Below are positions 1-12,800 of a stretch of DNA of 64,000 nt, in pieces. The DNA comes from Octopus sinensis (lineage: Eukaryota). Numbering within the stretch: the stretch's first letter is position 1; every line of letters starts with the position of its first letter. A model generated the notes under the pieces. The model saw only the letters and a program-made list of their open reading frames with translations. It was not told the origin of the DNA and did not search any database. The position numbers and the translations under genes were made by a program. Location: the NCBI RefSeq assembly GCF_006345805.1, contig NC_043006.1, positions 52,948,001 to 53,012,000 of the forward strand, read 5' to 3'.

Positions 1-470
1 AAAGAACCAATGTGAATTTTGCTTTAAACTTGAGAAGTCTGCTACAGAGATACTGAGCATGCTTCAAGCTACGGCAACGACGAAATGGATCGTACGCAAT
101 GTTTTGAGTGATACGGGCGCTTTAAAAGCGGAAGAAAATGGGCGATGTGGGAGCAATGTGGGAGATCTGCCACGAGTGCCACCCCTGGAAACGTGGTATT
201 CTGCATCAAGAATTCGACCCCCAAGGTCAGGCATATATACATATGTATATATATCACGTGATCACGTGACCGACCAGTCCATCAGATGTATGTTTGTTTA
301 CTAATTCTGAAAGATATGCTCACATCCGTAGAGTAGTCGACCTCTATAACGGTACATAATTCTTTTCTGTCCCAAATAACTATATTGGACCGATTATGTT
401 GGCATACATTGCACTCACAAACGCGCGCACACACACACACACCACACACACACACGCACACATACATGCA
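1..470 (+). repeat. Near-identical direct duplicate of 707-~1170 (period ~706 bp)
   Basis: aaagaaccaatgtgaattttgc starts at both 1 and 707. The match continues through the mariner 5' part, the insert and into the (CA)n tract, with a 1-nt indel (caagctacg vs caagcttacg). Confidence 0.9.
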
Positions 471-496
471 CGATATAAAATATACAAACAGGCATA

Positions 497-1127
497 CGAG
501 GTGGTATCAAAAATTTTCCGGGCTAGTTCTGTAGCGCGCCAACAATGGCAGCACACGATTGCATGCGCAGTGAGAGTTTGTAGTAACCTTCATAGAGTTA
601 GTAGTAACCGAGGGATGTCGTTGTGTTTACTTCGCAAGTTTTGACATTTGTGTTTTTTATGATCACGTGTTATGCTGTAGTCAGCGATTTTGTCATGGAC
701 AGGAACAAAGAACCAATGTGAATTTTGCTTTAAACTTGAGAAGTCTGCTACAGAGATACTGAGCATGCTTCAAGCTTACGGCAACGACGAAATGGATCGT
801 ACGCAATGTTTTGAGTGATACGGGCGCTTTAAAAGCGGAAGAAAATGGGCGATGTGGGAGCAATGTGGGAGATCTGCCACGAGTGCCACCCCTGGAAACG
901 TGGTATTCTGCATCAAGAATTCGACCCCCAAGGTCAGGCATATATACATATGTATATATATCACGTGATCACGTGACCGACCAGTCCATCAGATGTATGT
1001 TTGTTTACTAATTCTGAAAGATATGCTCACATCCGTAGAGTAGTCGACCTCTATAACGGTACATAATTCTTTTCTGTCCCAAATAACTATATTGGACCGA
1101 TTATGTTGGCATACATTGCACTCACAA

Positions 1128-1172
<45 letters not shown>

Positions 1173-1256
1173 CACACACACACAAATACACACAAACACA
1201 CACACACACACATATATATACACAGACACACACATACACATACACACACACTCGCG

Positions 1257-1322
<66 letters not shown>

Positions 1323-1802
1323 CGCGTGTGTGTATATGTGTATGCGACGTTTTGAAGCGTTTGAGGAAGAACATTCGGCACAAACGACCGGATCTGTGAA
1401 CCGCGAAGAACTGGATTCTTCACGACGACAATCCACCCTGTCACAGACCTCTCCTCACTCGTGAGTTTCTCGCCAAAAACAGCATAGTACCGCTTCTGCA
1501 CCCGCCCTTTTCACCAGATTTAACACCTACGAACTTCCGTCTCTTACTCAGGATGAAAAGGCAGCTTAAAGGTTAGCGTTTTAACACCATTGTCGAGAAA
1601 CAGAGCGAATCGCAGAAGGTCCTTGACTTTCTTACGGAAAAGAACTTCCAGGCCGGATCCCAAAGGTGGCAGGAACGCTAGGACCGGTGTATTGCTGCGC
1701 AAGGTGACTATTGCGAAGAAGATTATGTTAAAACTTAAATAAATGTGTTATTTTTATTAAGCATATATTTATTAAGTCCGGGAACTTTTTGATATCACCT
1801 CG
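497..1802 (+). mobile_element. mariner (Tc1/mariner) DNA transposon, internally deleted and filled with foreign DNA
   Basis: TIRs cgaggtggtatcaaaaattttccgg and ccgggaactttttgatatcacctcg, flanked by TA at 495-496 and 1803-1804. Decayed transposase N-terminus from 695 (..CFKLEKSATEILSML..). C-terminus 1350-1723 ([32 protein letters not shown]). Confidence 0.9.
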
Positions 1803-2080
1803 TACAGATGCGCGCACATGTATATGGAACGAAAAAAGAAATAAAACTGTCAGGATGGGTTTATAGGTTTGTACACACACATCATGCACACACCAACACA
1901 CTGGCACGAACATACATATGCACGCACGCATACACACACACGCACGCACACACACACACACACACACAAACTCTTGTATATATGTACGTATACATACACA
2001 TATACACACACGCGTATATGTGTGTGTGTGTAAGTGTATGTGTTACTGTGTATATGTGTGTGTGAGTGCGTGTGTGTGTA

Positions 2081-2143
<63 letters not shown>

Positions 2144-2145
2144 TT

Positions 2146-2320
2146 GTATGTGCAATGTATGCCAAAATAATCGGCCCAGTATAGTTATTTGGAACAGAAA
2201 AGAATTATGCACCGTTATAGAGGTCGACTACCCTACGGATGTGAACATATCTTTCAAAATTAGTAAACATACATACATATAAATGCATATATATATATAT
2301 GCATACATACATATTTATGT

Positions 2321-2378
<58 letters not shown>

Positions 2379-2620
2379 TGCCTGACCTAATATTTTTGTT
2401 TGGAATCCAAAATAGAAAAGAAAATTATTTGTTGTTTTAGAGTTCATTTGACCTGCGGATGTAAACATTCTTTCAAAATGACTGAAAAGCGAAAATATTT
2501 ACAGACAGCTACTTCGAAGATTACACCATCTCTATCCGGATTTTAAATTTACGTTTTTAATTATAGCTTCTGTAGTTTTTACACATAAGAAAGTATTCCG
2601 GTTTCATGATTTGGCTCTTA
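2146..2620 (+). mobile_element. Two fragments of an R4/Dong-type LINE restriction-like endonuclease (RLE) domain
   Basis: Peptides CQNNRPSIVIWNRKELCTVIEVDYPTDVNISFKIS (2146-2280) and PDL..VWN..PADVNI..ENIYRQLLRRLHHLYPDFKF (2383-2620) resemble the PD-(D/E)xK C-terminus of RLE non-LTR elements. Confidence 0.65.
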
Positions 2621-2954
2621 AATTTTTTCATTAAATTCACTTTCTGGAAGATCTGTCACAGGATCTATACAGTTATTTGACTTTTCTAGTGTGCATTTAT
2701 TCAATATTACATTTTTATTATTCACTTGCTTGATCTTCATAATTTCAGTGTTATTCAAGTTTGTCTTCACACTCTAAACATGCCCTTTGTCATCAAGTGT
2801 GTACCGCAGAGATCGACTTTGCCTTTCATCCTTTCAGAGTCGATAAAATAAGTACCAGTTGAGTAATTGGGTCGATTTTATCGGTTCAACTTCTCTCCCG
2901 AAACTGCTGGCCTTGTATCAAAATTTGAAATTAATACACGGTAGGGTGAAGGAG

Positions 2955-3165
2955 ATGAGCTGGCAGAATCGTTAGCACGCTGGGCAAAATGCTTAGCGGC
3001 ATTTCGCCCGTCTTTACGTTTTGAGTTCAAATTCCGCTAAGGTTCGATTTTGCCTTTCCGCCTTTTGGGATCGATAAAATAGGTACCAGTTGATCACTGG
3101 GATCGATGTAATCGACTTACCACTCCCTCGATATTGCTGGCCTTGTGCCAAAATTTGAATCATGT
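2955..3165 (+). mobile_element. tRNA-derived SINE family A
   Basis: Head gagctggcagaatcgttagcac, B-box gagttcaaattcc, core tttgcctttc..gatcgataaaataggtaccag, tail gccttgtgccaaaatttgaa. More decayed copies at 2790-2935 (+) and 3270-3425 (-). Confidence 0.85.
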
Positions 3166-3751
3166 CCATCTTTGACTCTAATGTTTCATGTTTGAACTAA
3201 TATTGTCAATTAGGCGTTTCATACATATTCTTGCTAGTGTTTCTTAGACACTGCCTCAAATTTAGGGAGAGGATGTAAGTCAGTTACACTGAACCCAGAA
3301 CTTAACTGATACTTTACCATATCGACCCTGGAGGGATTATAGTTAAATTAACATTATTGGGATTTGAACTCAGAATGTAAAGAGTCGGAACAACTGCCGA
3401 CTTACGCTGTAACGGCTCTGCCAATCCATCAATGGAAAACCCCTCAAAACCTGAAAATATCTTCAAGCGCTCCTTTTTTATAATGATTTATGCTTTAAAT
3501 AATTGTCATAGTGTTTATTTACAAACAAAAATTAGCAGCAAAACATCAACACAAATATCACACTCCCCAACGGATTTCATTCAAAGGAGACAATATTCTG
3601 TGTATGTAGATGGTATTCTGTTTTATAATTTACATCAACAAACAGTTCATGGGTTTTGTTTTCTGTCCCATAGAAGAATATTAGATCTTTTGTTCTGCAT
3701 TGAATTGTTCTTTTTATTGAAATATTTCACCAAAATTCCTAAATTTGAATC

Positions 3752-4066
3752 TGAGAGTACTTAGTTGTTCCCGTACTCTTATAGTATAACCGTTACGACA
3801 TATATGCATGTATGTATACTTACATGTATGTATGTATGTATGCATGCACGTATATATGCTTGCATGCACCTATTTAGAATGATTGCATTTATTCATACAT
3901 AATTGTACTTTGAGAGTACTTAGTTGTTCCCGTACTCTTATAGTATAACCGTTACGACATATATGCATGTATGTATACTTACATGTATGTATGTATGTAT
4001 GCATGCACGTATATATGCTTGCATGCACCTATTTAGAATGATTGCATTTATTCATACATAATTGTA
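3752..4066 (+). repeat. Perfect tandem duplication, 159 bp period
   Basis: tgagagtacttagttgttcccg..aattgta occurs at 3752 and 3911 with no visible mismatch. Confidence 0.9.
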
Positions 4067-4581
4067 ATTTTTATGGTTTTAGACAGAAAGAAGGGGAGAG
4101 ATTGCGCCCCATTGGTCTTCGCTAGCCTAACGGGATTATTGAGATTCATGCAGTTAATGTGAAGGCTGTATATAACTTAGCTAATCATAAGAAGCAAGAG
4201 TCGTTGTTAAAGCAGAGGAGAGGCAGGCATAACAAGCAGTGCTAAAGTTGGCCACGTGTTGATGAGTAAGTCTCTGTTAGTCAGTCTTATGACTCTCTAT
4301 TGGATGAGGTTTGATAAATTTGTAATCGTAGTACCGGTATCGTTTACTTCTATGAGCAGTATTTCAGGTTGGGTCATATCACTTGTGCTATGTAATACAG
4401 TAACTGTTTCAGATTGAAGTATCGTCTGGACACTGTAGAATGAAAAGTTAATCATTGAGACACAATTCTTACTATGCTATGAATGTTGCTTTCCTTGCTA
4501 TATTGTATAGACATGTGTGTGCGCGTGTGTATGTGTATGTGCATGTGTGTATCTGTGTGTGTGTGTGTGTGTGTGTGTGTC

Positions 4582-4621
<40 letters not shown>

Positions 4622-4719
4622 TGTCTGTCTGTGTGTGTGTGTGTGTGTGTAGTTACATATGTTTGCACGCGTACGCGCATGCAAGTGTTTATGTGTAATT
4701 CTTTTTATATTAGAATTCT

Positions 4720-6340
4720 TCTTGGAAGGAAGGAACTGGTTTTAAGGAAGGAACTTGTTTTAATGAAGAAACAAAGATCCACCGCCGGAATCTGGATAAC
4801 AGCTATAATACGCTCTACATGTCGAAAAAAATCTTGCATTGTTTTTACAGCTTTGCTTGCATAATGTATTTGCAATGCGCATTAGCCAGCCTGTTTTGTA
4901 TGAACTTGGTAGAGGTTTTTTTATAGGGATGCTGCCTCAATATTCCCTGTATTGATATGTTTTCGTGTATTCAAATAACTAAGGTGTTGTCTATATTTAT
5001 CTTTTGAGTGTCTTCTCCGCAGATGACATTGCATGTTGTTTTAGCAACACCATCATGTAGCTACAGGATGTTGCACCTTCATGATATTTTGGGACAACTC
5101 CTGATTACATGTTATGTTCTCCGTATAAAAGCAACATTTTTCTGTTACATCTTGAGAGTTACATCTTCACTATTCCATTTGTTCATTAAATATTTCATAA
5201 CTTTTTTCCGGGTTATCCATTGAAAATAGTAACCTTCGAAATATGACGTGATTCAATGGTCTCGAGTCCAAGTGAGGCTACACTTCGCGTTAATATTATC
5301 ATCGATCTCAGTTTGTGGGAAACATATCCATACATAATCTTTTTGTTGTACGCCGATTGTTTCTCTTCCAATTGGAGGTCGTCAGAAAATGAGTGCTTCT
5401 TGAGTTTACTACCGGCCCTCATGATGTTATTCACTTCTGAGTGCTTTTGAAGATTTGATTGAGATATTTATTTTTTCTGTCGTAGTTTAACAAATGCTGT
5501 TTGAATGATAATATACGAAACTCAAACGCCGTCTACGCTAACAACAAACCACTTCTGTCTTCTTTTGTTTAAAGATAAAGTCTACTAATATCACAGTTTC
5601 TGTGGTAATTTCTATTCGAAGTCAGGATCTTGCGAGTTTTTTTATGTCTTGGCTGAATTTTTTCAATTGACCAGTCAAGAATCTTAAATGTCGGTATTTG
5701 TATGGTGTTGCAAATGTATTATAAGATGAGCACTTTGATGTTTCCATTCTTGCTTTTGATATTTTTAGTCTACCATAATGTTCCTTGATTACACTTAGTT
5801 CGGATATGATATATTTTCATCAGTACCTAGATACCTGTATCACTCATTTGTGGAACAAAGGAAATAGACAGACCACTGATTCAAGGCGATGGTGTTTTGG
5901 AAACTATTTTCCACGTTTAATTGCCAAATATAAATATTTGTTTTGGCTAAACTCCATCGTTATATCAGCAGAAATTGCTGAGTCTAAATTTAGCTTTCTC
6001 ATTATGGTAAATATTCTAATCATAGATTTTAAACCCGTCAAAAAAGAAACTAGGGGTTACATTAGTGTCTCCTGCTGTTGTAAAACCCAGGACATAATCT
6101 GTGGATTTATTAGCAACGAAATGACAGTGAATCCAGTTCCAAAATAAACACAAGCACAAACAAACTTCCCTTGAAATATTTCCTTTAAAATAGTTATAAT
6201 ATCAGAGATATAATTTGACTTTGAGTTACCAGTGTGCGGATTGTAGACCAGGTCTTTCTGAAACATTCAATGGCAGTAATCTTGCCACCTTTAGGGACTA
6301 CAGCAGTCATAAAGGAGAAACAGAATATTTCTATGGTGTT
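4720..6340 (-). mobile_element. Highly decayed R4/Dong-type (RLE) LINE remnant: RT plus C-terminus
   Basis: Minus-strand motifs in the expected order across frameshifts and stops: KEIFQG (RT GIFQGD), FFFDGFKIY (YxDDLK-like), RYLGTDENISY, ..SCPKI..HDGVAK (zinc-knuckle region). Confidence 0.65.
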
Positions 6341-6414
6341 TTGGGCATCCCGATATTCCATTTTTTTTTTGTTCTACTTGCCTGCTCATCAGAAACTATA
6401 TTGTATTTATGCTT

Positions 6415-6463
<49 letters not shown>

Positions 6464-7339
6464 TGTAGGTATGTATTTATGTATATGTGTATGTATGTAT
6501 ATATTTGCATCATAAATATATATAAACATACATATTGTATACGTGTGTGAATATATATTTACATATGAATATGTATATATGCATATATATATATATACAT
6601 AAACATACAACAATACACACGCACATACACACACTCACACACAAACAAACAAACACAAACTCTTGTATCAGCTTAATTGTTAACTACACATGTTACTGGC
6701 AGGTGTCCAATGCTTTCATTTCATTGTCCTTGATAATTATTTTGACTCAACTTTTCATTGTTTTTGAAATCACAAATATAATGGTAAACCGAGAATAATT
6801 CGCTAAACAATAGAAAAATAAGTGCTATTCTCTGTCTATGGTGCTTACTTTCCTAATTTTTTTTTAATACCTTATTTATTTCCTTAACTTTTTTCTCTCT
6901 TTTTCTTAGAAATTAGTCAGATGGAAGGGGACATTGCCCATGACCTTCGTTGGCCTATCTCCAAGAAGATGAGATCGACGCTGCTGATGCTCAACTTGAA
7001 CAGTTGTAGGTCAATGCAAACCAAACAAGCAGCCTTTGAGGTATACTGGAGGGTGGGTCCTAATGCTTGCAACAGAGTGAACACCGCTAACGTCATCCAA
7101 TGACCTGGTGGTGCTTCTAATTGGTTGCTTGTTGCGGCTAATATTGTTGTCCTATATTACATTTATGATGTTGAATGTCTGTTCGTTGTTTATTTGTGTT
7201 CGTACATTAGCTCCTTGAAGTTTATTACATGTGTGGTTCTCTTGTACTTTTCATGATGATTTCATAATACGTAATAAAGGAAGTAATACTGGCCAACTAT
7301 ACTTGAGTAGAAGAGATAATATCTGTTATCGCTTACTTC

Positions 7340-7537
7340 TTTTTAGTCATCCACCGCGCCCATGATGGAACAACATTTTGGGTTTTAAGTCGAACAAGTC
7401 GACCTCAGTACTAATTTTTTTTAAAGCATTGCAGTTAATTAATCGGTTTCTTTTTTCGGGCCTCTTAGTACAGGGACATATACAAGCCAACACCGGCTAG
7501 CAAGCAGTGAGGGGACAAAGACAGATACAAATAGACA

Positions 7538-7595
<58 letters not shown>

Positions 7596-7775
7596 TATAT
7601 ATAAATATAACGGGACTTCTTTCAATTTCCGTCCGCCAAATCCACTCACGAGGCTTTGTGATGGCCAGCACCTATAGTAGAAGACACTTGCCAAAGGTGC
7701 TCGGAACTGGGACTGAACAACGAACCATGTGGTTAGGAAGCAAACTTCTTACCACACAGCCACGCCTGCGCCTGT
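7340..7775 (-). mobile_element. tRNA-derived SINE family B with internal (CA)n
   Basis: Reverse complement of head aggcgcaggcgtggctgtgtggtaag, body ggcaagtgtcttctactatag..gtgagtggatttgg, and a decayed tail. Confidence 0.85.
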
Positions 7776-8297
7776 GTTAGATTATAGTCTGCTATTTTTT
7801 AACATAAAGTTCTTATCAGTTTGTGGCTGAAAACAAACAACGAGTGTTTAATGTAATTTTTTTTAATACGTCAGAATATCTATATAACGACATGAAAGTG
7901 AATTAAAGTGTTGTTTGACTGAGGTGTAACATAAACATTTGATGACGAAAGCATTTTCTATTATATTATATTTTCCAGACAAATGGCTTTTAAAATTTTA
8001 AACAAAAGACTAGTCATTAAAAATATTGGGTTAGGATGAATAAGTTTGCATCCGTAATTTATTTTCTTAATCATAATTGCAGCTACGTATCTTACCAAGA
8101 TTTATAATATCTGTATGAAGTAATGTCTAAACATACAGTGTATTCACAGTGCAATGCTTACATCATTTTATTCCATCCCATCCTGCCATACTAAATATCA
8201 CAAACCAGATATTGTTATTTTGTCGGATATACTAACTCATCCTACACCGTTTCTTGCATCATCATTGCAATGATTAATTCTTTGAACTAATCGACAG

Positions 8298-8391
8298 TAT
8301 TAAGTGATGCCACTCCTTATGGTTATAAAATCTATCTATTTATTGATCACCTTCGAGCCTACCACGCCTGTTTGTTGGCGACTGGAAAGAG
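8298..8391 (+). CDS. Candidate internal coding exon of an unidentified gene (xLSDATPYGYKIYLFIDHLRAYHACLLATGKR)
   Basis: Branch-like ctaat plus cag acceptor (AG 8296-8297), 94 nt with an open frame, consensus donor AG|GTGAGT. Not recognisable as a repeat. Confidence 0.4.
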
Positions 8392-8511
8392 GTGAGTCGA
8401 AACACTGCTTCCTGCTTTACTAACATCTCACCAACCTCATTATCTCGAAGGAAAACTGTAAAGCGTTGACGTTTGAGTGTCTGTATGTGTATGAGTGTGT
8501 CAGCGTGTATA

Positions 8512-8543
<32 letters not shown>

Positions 8544-8629
8544 GTGCATCCGTGTCTACGAAGAAATGATTTAAAGACACATTTACACATTTACACAGAT
8601 GTGACTTCCTCAATTAAAATAAGTATTTA

Positions 8630-9005
8630 CGAGCTGGTAGGATCGCTAGCACGTCAGGCAAAATGTCGAGCGGCATTTCGTCCGCCTTTACGTTCCAAGT
8701 TCAAATTCCACCGATGTCGACTTTGCTTTCATCCTTTTGGGGTTGATAAATTAAGTACCAGTGAAATATTAGGCACGATGTAATCGACTAGTCCCTTCCA
8801 GAAAATTTCAGGTCTTGTACCTAATGTAGAAAGTATTATTATTATCATTATCTGCTGGAAGGTAATGAGCTGGTAAAAACGTTAGCGCGCCGGGCGAAAT
8901 GCTGATCGGGGATTCGTCTGCCGTTACGTTCTGAGCTCAAATTCCGCCGAGGTCGACTTTGCTTTTCATCCTTTCGGGGTCGATAAATTAATCCGTTTGT
9001 CTGTC
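8630..9005 (+). mobile_element. Two SINE family A copies (8630-8830, 8865-9005)
   Basis: gagctgg..tagc heads and gtcgactttgc(t)tttcatcc..gataaattaa cores. Confidence 0.85.
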
Positions 9006-9269
9006 CTTGTTTGTACGTAGGTATATATATATGCATATGCATGTGTTTGTTACCTACACGCATGTACAAATGTATATGCAGAACAATAATGAAATAACTA
9101 TATATTAACTGTATGATATATGAATATATTGACTGTGATTATAAAATTGATAAGCTTACATCTTTCATAAATATCTGTTTATATCATATTAGAGTATATT
9201 CAATATTTTAATTTCTTATACTAGGTATTGTGAATAGAAGAATACACAGAATCTAATATTATTATTATT

Positions 9270-9341
<72 letters not shown>

Positions 9342-9458
9342 AATAATAATAATAATTAAATATATGTGTACTCATGGATACGGATGTATATGTATGTTCC
9401 AGTATATATAATTAATTGTCTATATGCTTGTATGTATATACAATTATGTCTATCTATC

Positions 9459-9494
<36 letters not shown>

Positions 9495-9519
9495 GTACAC
9501 GTATATATGTATGTTTATG

Positions 9520-9556
<37 letters not shown>

Positions 9557-9611
9557 TTGTGCGTGTATTTTGTTTCATGTATATATTTATATTTTTATGA
9601 TTGTACTTTAT

Positions 9612-9738
9612 AATCGCTGACGAGGCCTAGGGATATATATAAGTACCTCATTTTTAACTGCCTACCACCTCAATACACTTGACTAATATAGGCACAATGA
9701 GTTGCTATTTCGATAGTCTGAAACAGCTGTAAGTGATT
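9612..9738 (+). ncRNA. Degenerate type I hammerhead ribozyme motif with a long helix II loop
   Basis: CTGACGA (9617-9623), GGCCTA../..TAGTCT helix II, GAAA (9720-9723), CAGCTG, TA. The following AGTGATT is complementary to AATCGCT (9612-9618), which overlaps the core by CT, implying a 2-nt deletion. Confidence 0.45.
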
Positions 9739-9831
9739 TTAATAATCTATATTCATGTTTTTAATAACTACTTGTATTCTTATCTTATATGCATTGAATA
9801 ATATACTATATGTAAGGTAATTGAGGTAAGG

Positions 9832-12800
9832 TAAGGTAATTGAGGTAGTCAGAGTAAGTGACAGAGTAATTAAAATTAGATTAGTCCTTCACCACAGGAC
9901 AGTTACCATCATCTCGGCATATGCCCCTCAACCAGGGCTACCGGAAGGACAAAAAGACCAATTCTATGACACCCTATTGCGAACTACCTCGTTGACAAAT
10001 GACAGTGACCTCTTCGTGGCAGGTGATTTCAATGGACATGTCGGACGGCATGTCGGGGGCTTCCATGGCGTCCATGGAGGCTACGGTTTCGGCTCTCGTA
10101 ATGAGGAGGGAACCAGGTTGCTGGAGTTCTGCGATGCAAATGACCTTATGGTCTGCAATGCCAACTTCAGGAAACTCTCCTCTCACCTAGTCACCTACCG
10201 TTCTGGCAGACACACCAGCCAGATTGACTACATCCTTGCCAGAAAAAGGGAAAGAGGGCTGATTATAAATGCCAAAACCTTTCCAGGCGAAGAATGCACT
10301 CCTCAACATAGATTAGTAGTTAGCGACTTCAGGATCAGAACTAAATGGTTGCCCAGAAGAAGTCCTGCTTGGAGGAGAAGGGTCTGGAAGCTTAAAGATC
10401 CTGCAAATGGACAGATATTTAGAGACATACTACTCGAAGCCTTTGACGAAATAGAAGGGGACATAGCTTCACTTAATGTGGAAGACAACTGGAGATTTCT
10501 ACGGGACAATCTGCTGACAGCCACTGACCAGATCTGTGGATGGAGCAAAGTACCATCTCAACCCAGAGTTACATGGTGGTGGAACACTGTGGTTGACAGG
10601 GCTATCAGACAATAGAGACAAGCTTGGAAGGACTGGAAGAACGGTGGTAGCAGGGAATTGTATCAGACAGCCAGAAGGGAAGCTAGGAGACAGGTTTATT
10701 TAGCCAGAGGGGAAGCGGATAAGAAAAAATTTGCCAATGTTCTGCGCCGTGAGGATGAAAGACTTGAGGTATATCGTGTTGCAAGACAGTGTGTGAGAGA
10801 GAATCGTGATGTGGTAGGAGAGAAGTGTGTTCGCATGGATGATGGTTCACTTGCGCTAAATGAGGATGCAAAGAGAGAGGTTTGGAGATGCCACTATGAA
10901 TAAAGAAAATGAATGGGATAAAGAGAGTCTGCCGAATGTTGACCCAACAGAGGGACCAGCTATCCGAGTTGATAGTTCCGTGGTAGCTAAGGCAATTAGA
11001 AGCATGAAGACAGGGAAAGCCCCAGGCCCATCAGGAATTACTGCAGAGATGCTCAAAATATCTGGCAGTGTCGGCTATAACCTAGTCACCCGTATAGTCA
11101 ACCAGGTGATACATGAAGGAGTCATACCCAATGACTGGTGTAGCAGCGTACTAGTCAACTGCTACAAAGGTAAAGGTGATGCCCTAGATACAAATAATTA
11201 CAGAGGTATCAAGCTGTTGGATCAGGTAATGAAGGTTACGGAGAGGGTCATAGCCCAACTAATTAGAGAGAGAGTTAGTTTAGATGAGATGCAGTTTGGG
11301 TTTGTACCAGGGAAAAGCACCACTGATGCTATATTCCTGGTAAGGCAGCTGCAGGAGAAATACCTAGCCAAAGATAAGCCCTTGTACCTGGCTTTCGTTG
11401 ACATGGAGAAAGCCTTTGATAGGGTCCCCCGATCCCTCATCTGGTGGTCAATGAGGAAACTAGGGATAGATGAATGGCTGGTGAGGGCTGTGCAAGCCAT
11501 GTACAGAGATGCCGTAAGCAAGGTTAGGGTTGGCAACATGTACACAGAAGAATTCAAAGTAGAGGTTGGGGTCCACCAGGGTTCAGTACTCAGCCCCCTC
11601 CTATTTATCATAGTCCTCCAGGCAATAACAGAGGAATTCAAGACAGGTTGCCCCTGGGAGCTCCTCTATGCTGACGACCTCGCTCTAATTGCTGAGTCAC
11701 TATCAGAACTGGAGGAGAAGTTCCAGGTGTGGAAGGAGGGTTTAGAATCGAGGGGCCTTAGAGTCAACCTAGCTAAAACCAAAGTACTAATAAGTAGAAA
11801 GGTAGGCAATCCCAAATGTCCTCAGGAAGATGGCCCTGCTCGATCTGTAGAAAAGGTGTAGGTAGAAACTCTATAAGATGTACCCAGTGTAAGCTATGGA
11901 CACATAAGAGGTGCAGCAATGTCAAAGGTAGGCTAACTGGGAAGATAGTTTTTATATGTGGCAGATGCTCGGGAGCATTGACCTCCGACAATCTGCAGAA
12001 AACAACTTCCGTCACTTTCCAGGGGGAAAAATTAGAAGTAGTTGATAGCTTCCGTTATCTAGGTGACCAAGTCAGTAGTGGGGGTGGGTGCGCTGGGAGT
12101 GTAACTGCTAGAATAAGAATAGCCTGGGCAAAGTTTAGGGAGCTCTTACCTCTGCTGGTGACTAAAGGCCTCTCGCTCAGAGTAAAGGGCAGACTGTATG
12201 ATGCATGTGTTCGAACTGCCATGCTACATGGCAGTGAAACATGGGCCGTGACTGCTGAGGACATGCGTAAGCTCATGAGGAATGAAGCCAGTATGCTCCG
12301 ATGGATGTGTAATGTCAATGTACTTGCTCGACAGAGCGTTAGTTCCCTGAGAGAAATGTTGTACCTAAGAAGCATCAGTTGTTGCGTGCAAGAGAGACGA
12401 TTGCGCTGGTATGGTCATGTGGCGAGAATGGATGAAGATAGGTGTGTGAGAAAGTGCCAATCCCTAGCAGTTGAGGGAACCCGTGGAAGAGGTAGACCCA
12501 TGAAAACCTGGGACGAGGTGGTGAAGCACGACCTTCGAACGTTAGGTCTCACCATGGAAATGACTAGAGACCGAGACCTATGGAAGTATGTTGTGCGTGA
12601 GAAGACCCGGCAAGACTAGTGAAGCCATAACCCGTGGCCCCTACCTGGGACGTAGTCAGTCCACCTGTGCATACCTTCCTGCTTGTGACACTTGTGAAGA
12701 CCTGTTGAGGCAAATCAAATCAATCAAAGTCAAATCGAATCAAGTCAAACCAAATCAAAATAGATGAACATCAATGGAATTTGTATCCTTGTGGTACCAG

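Noticed and set aside
1087-2468. Many ORFs of HT, VC, YI, IYLS or poly-amino-acid repeats here and throughout the window
   Set aside because: They are translations of (CA)n, (TA)n, (GATA)n, (CATA)n and trinucleotide microsatellites, not genes.
6880-7103. Polypyrimidine acceptor plus a 60-aa ORF
   Set aside because: The peptide is unrecognisable and has no strong donor in a phase compatible with the 8298 candidate.
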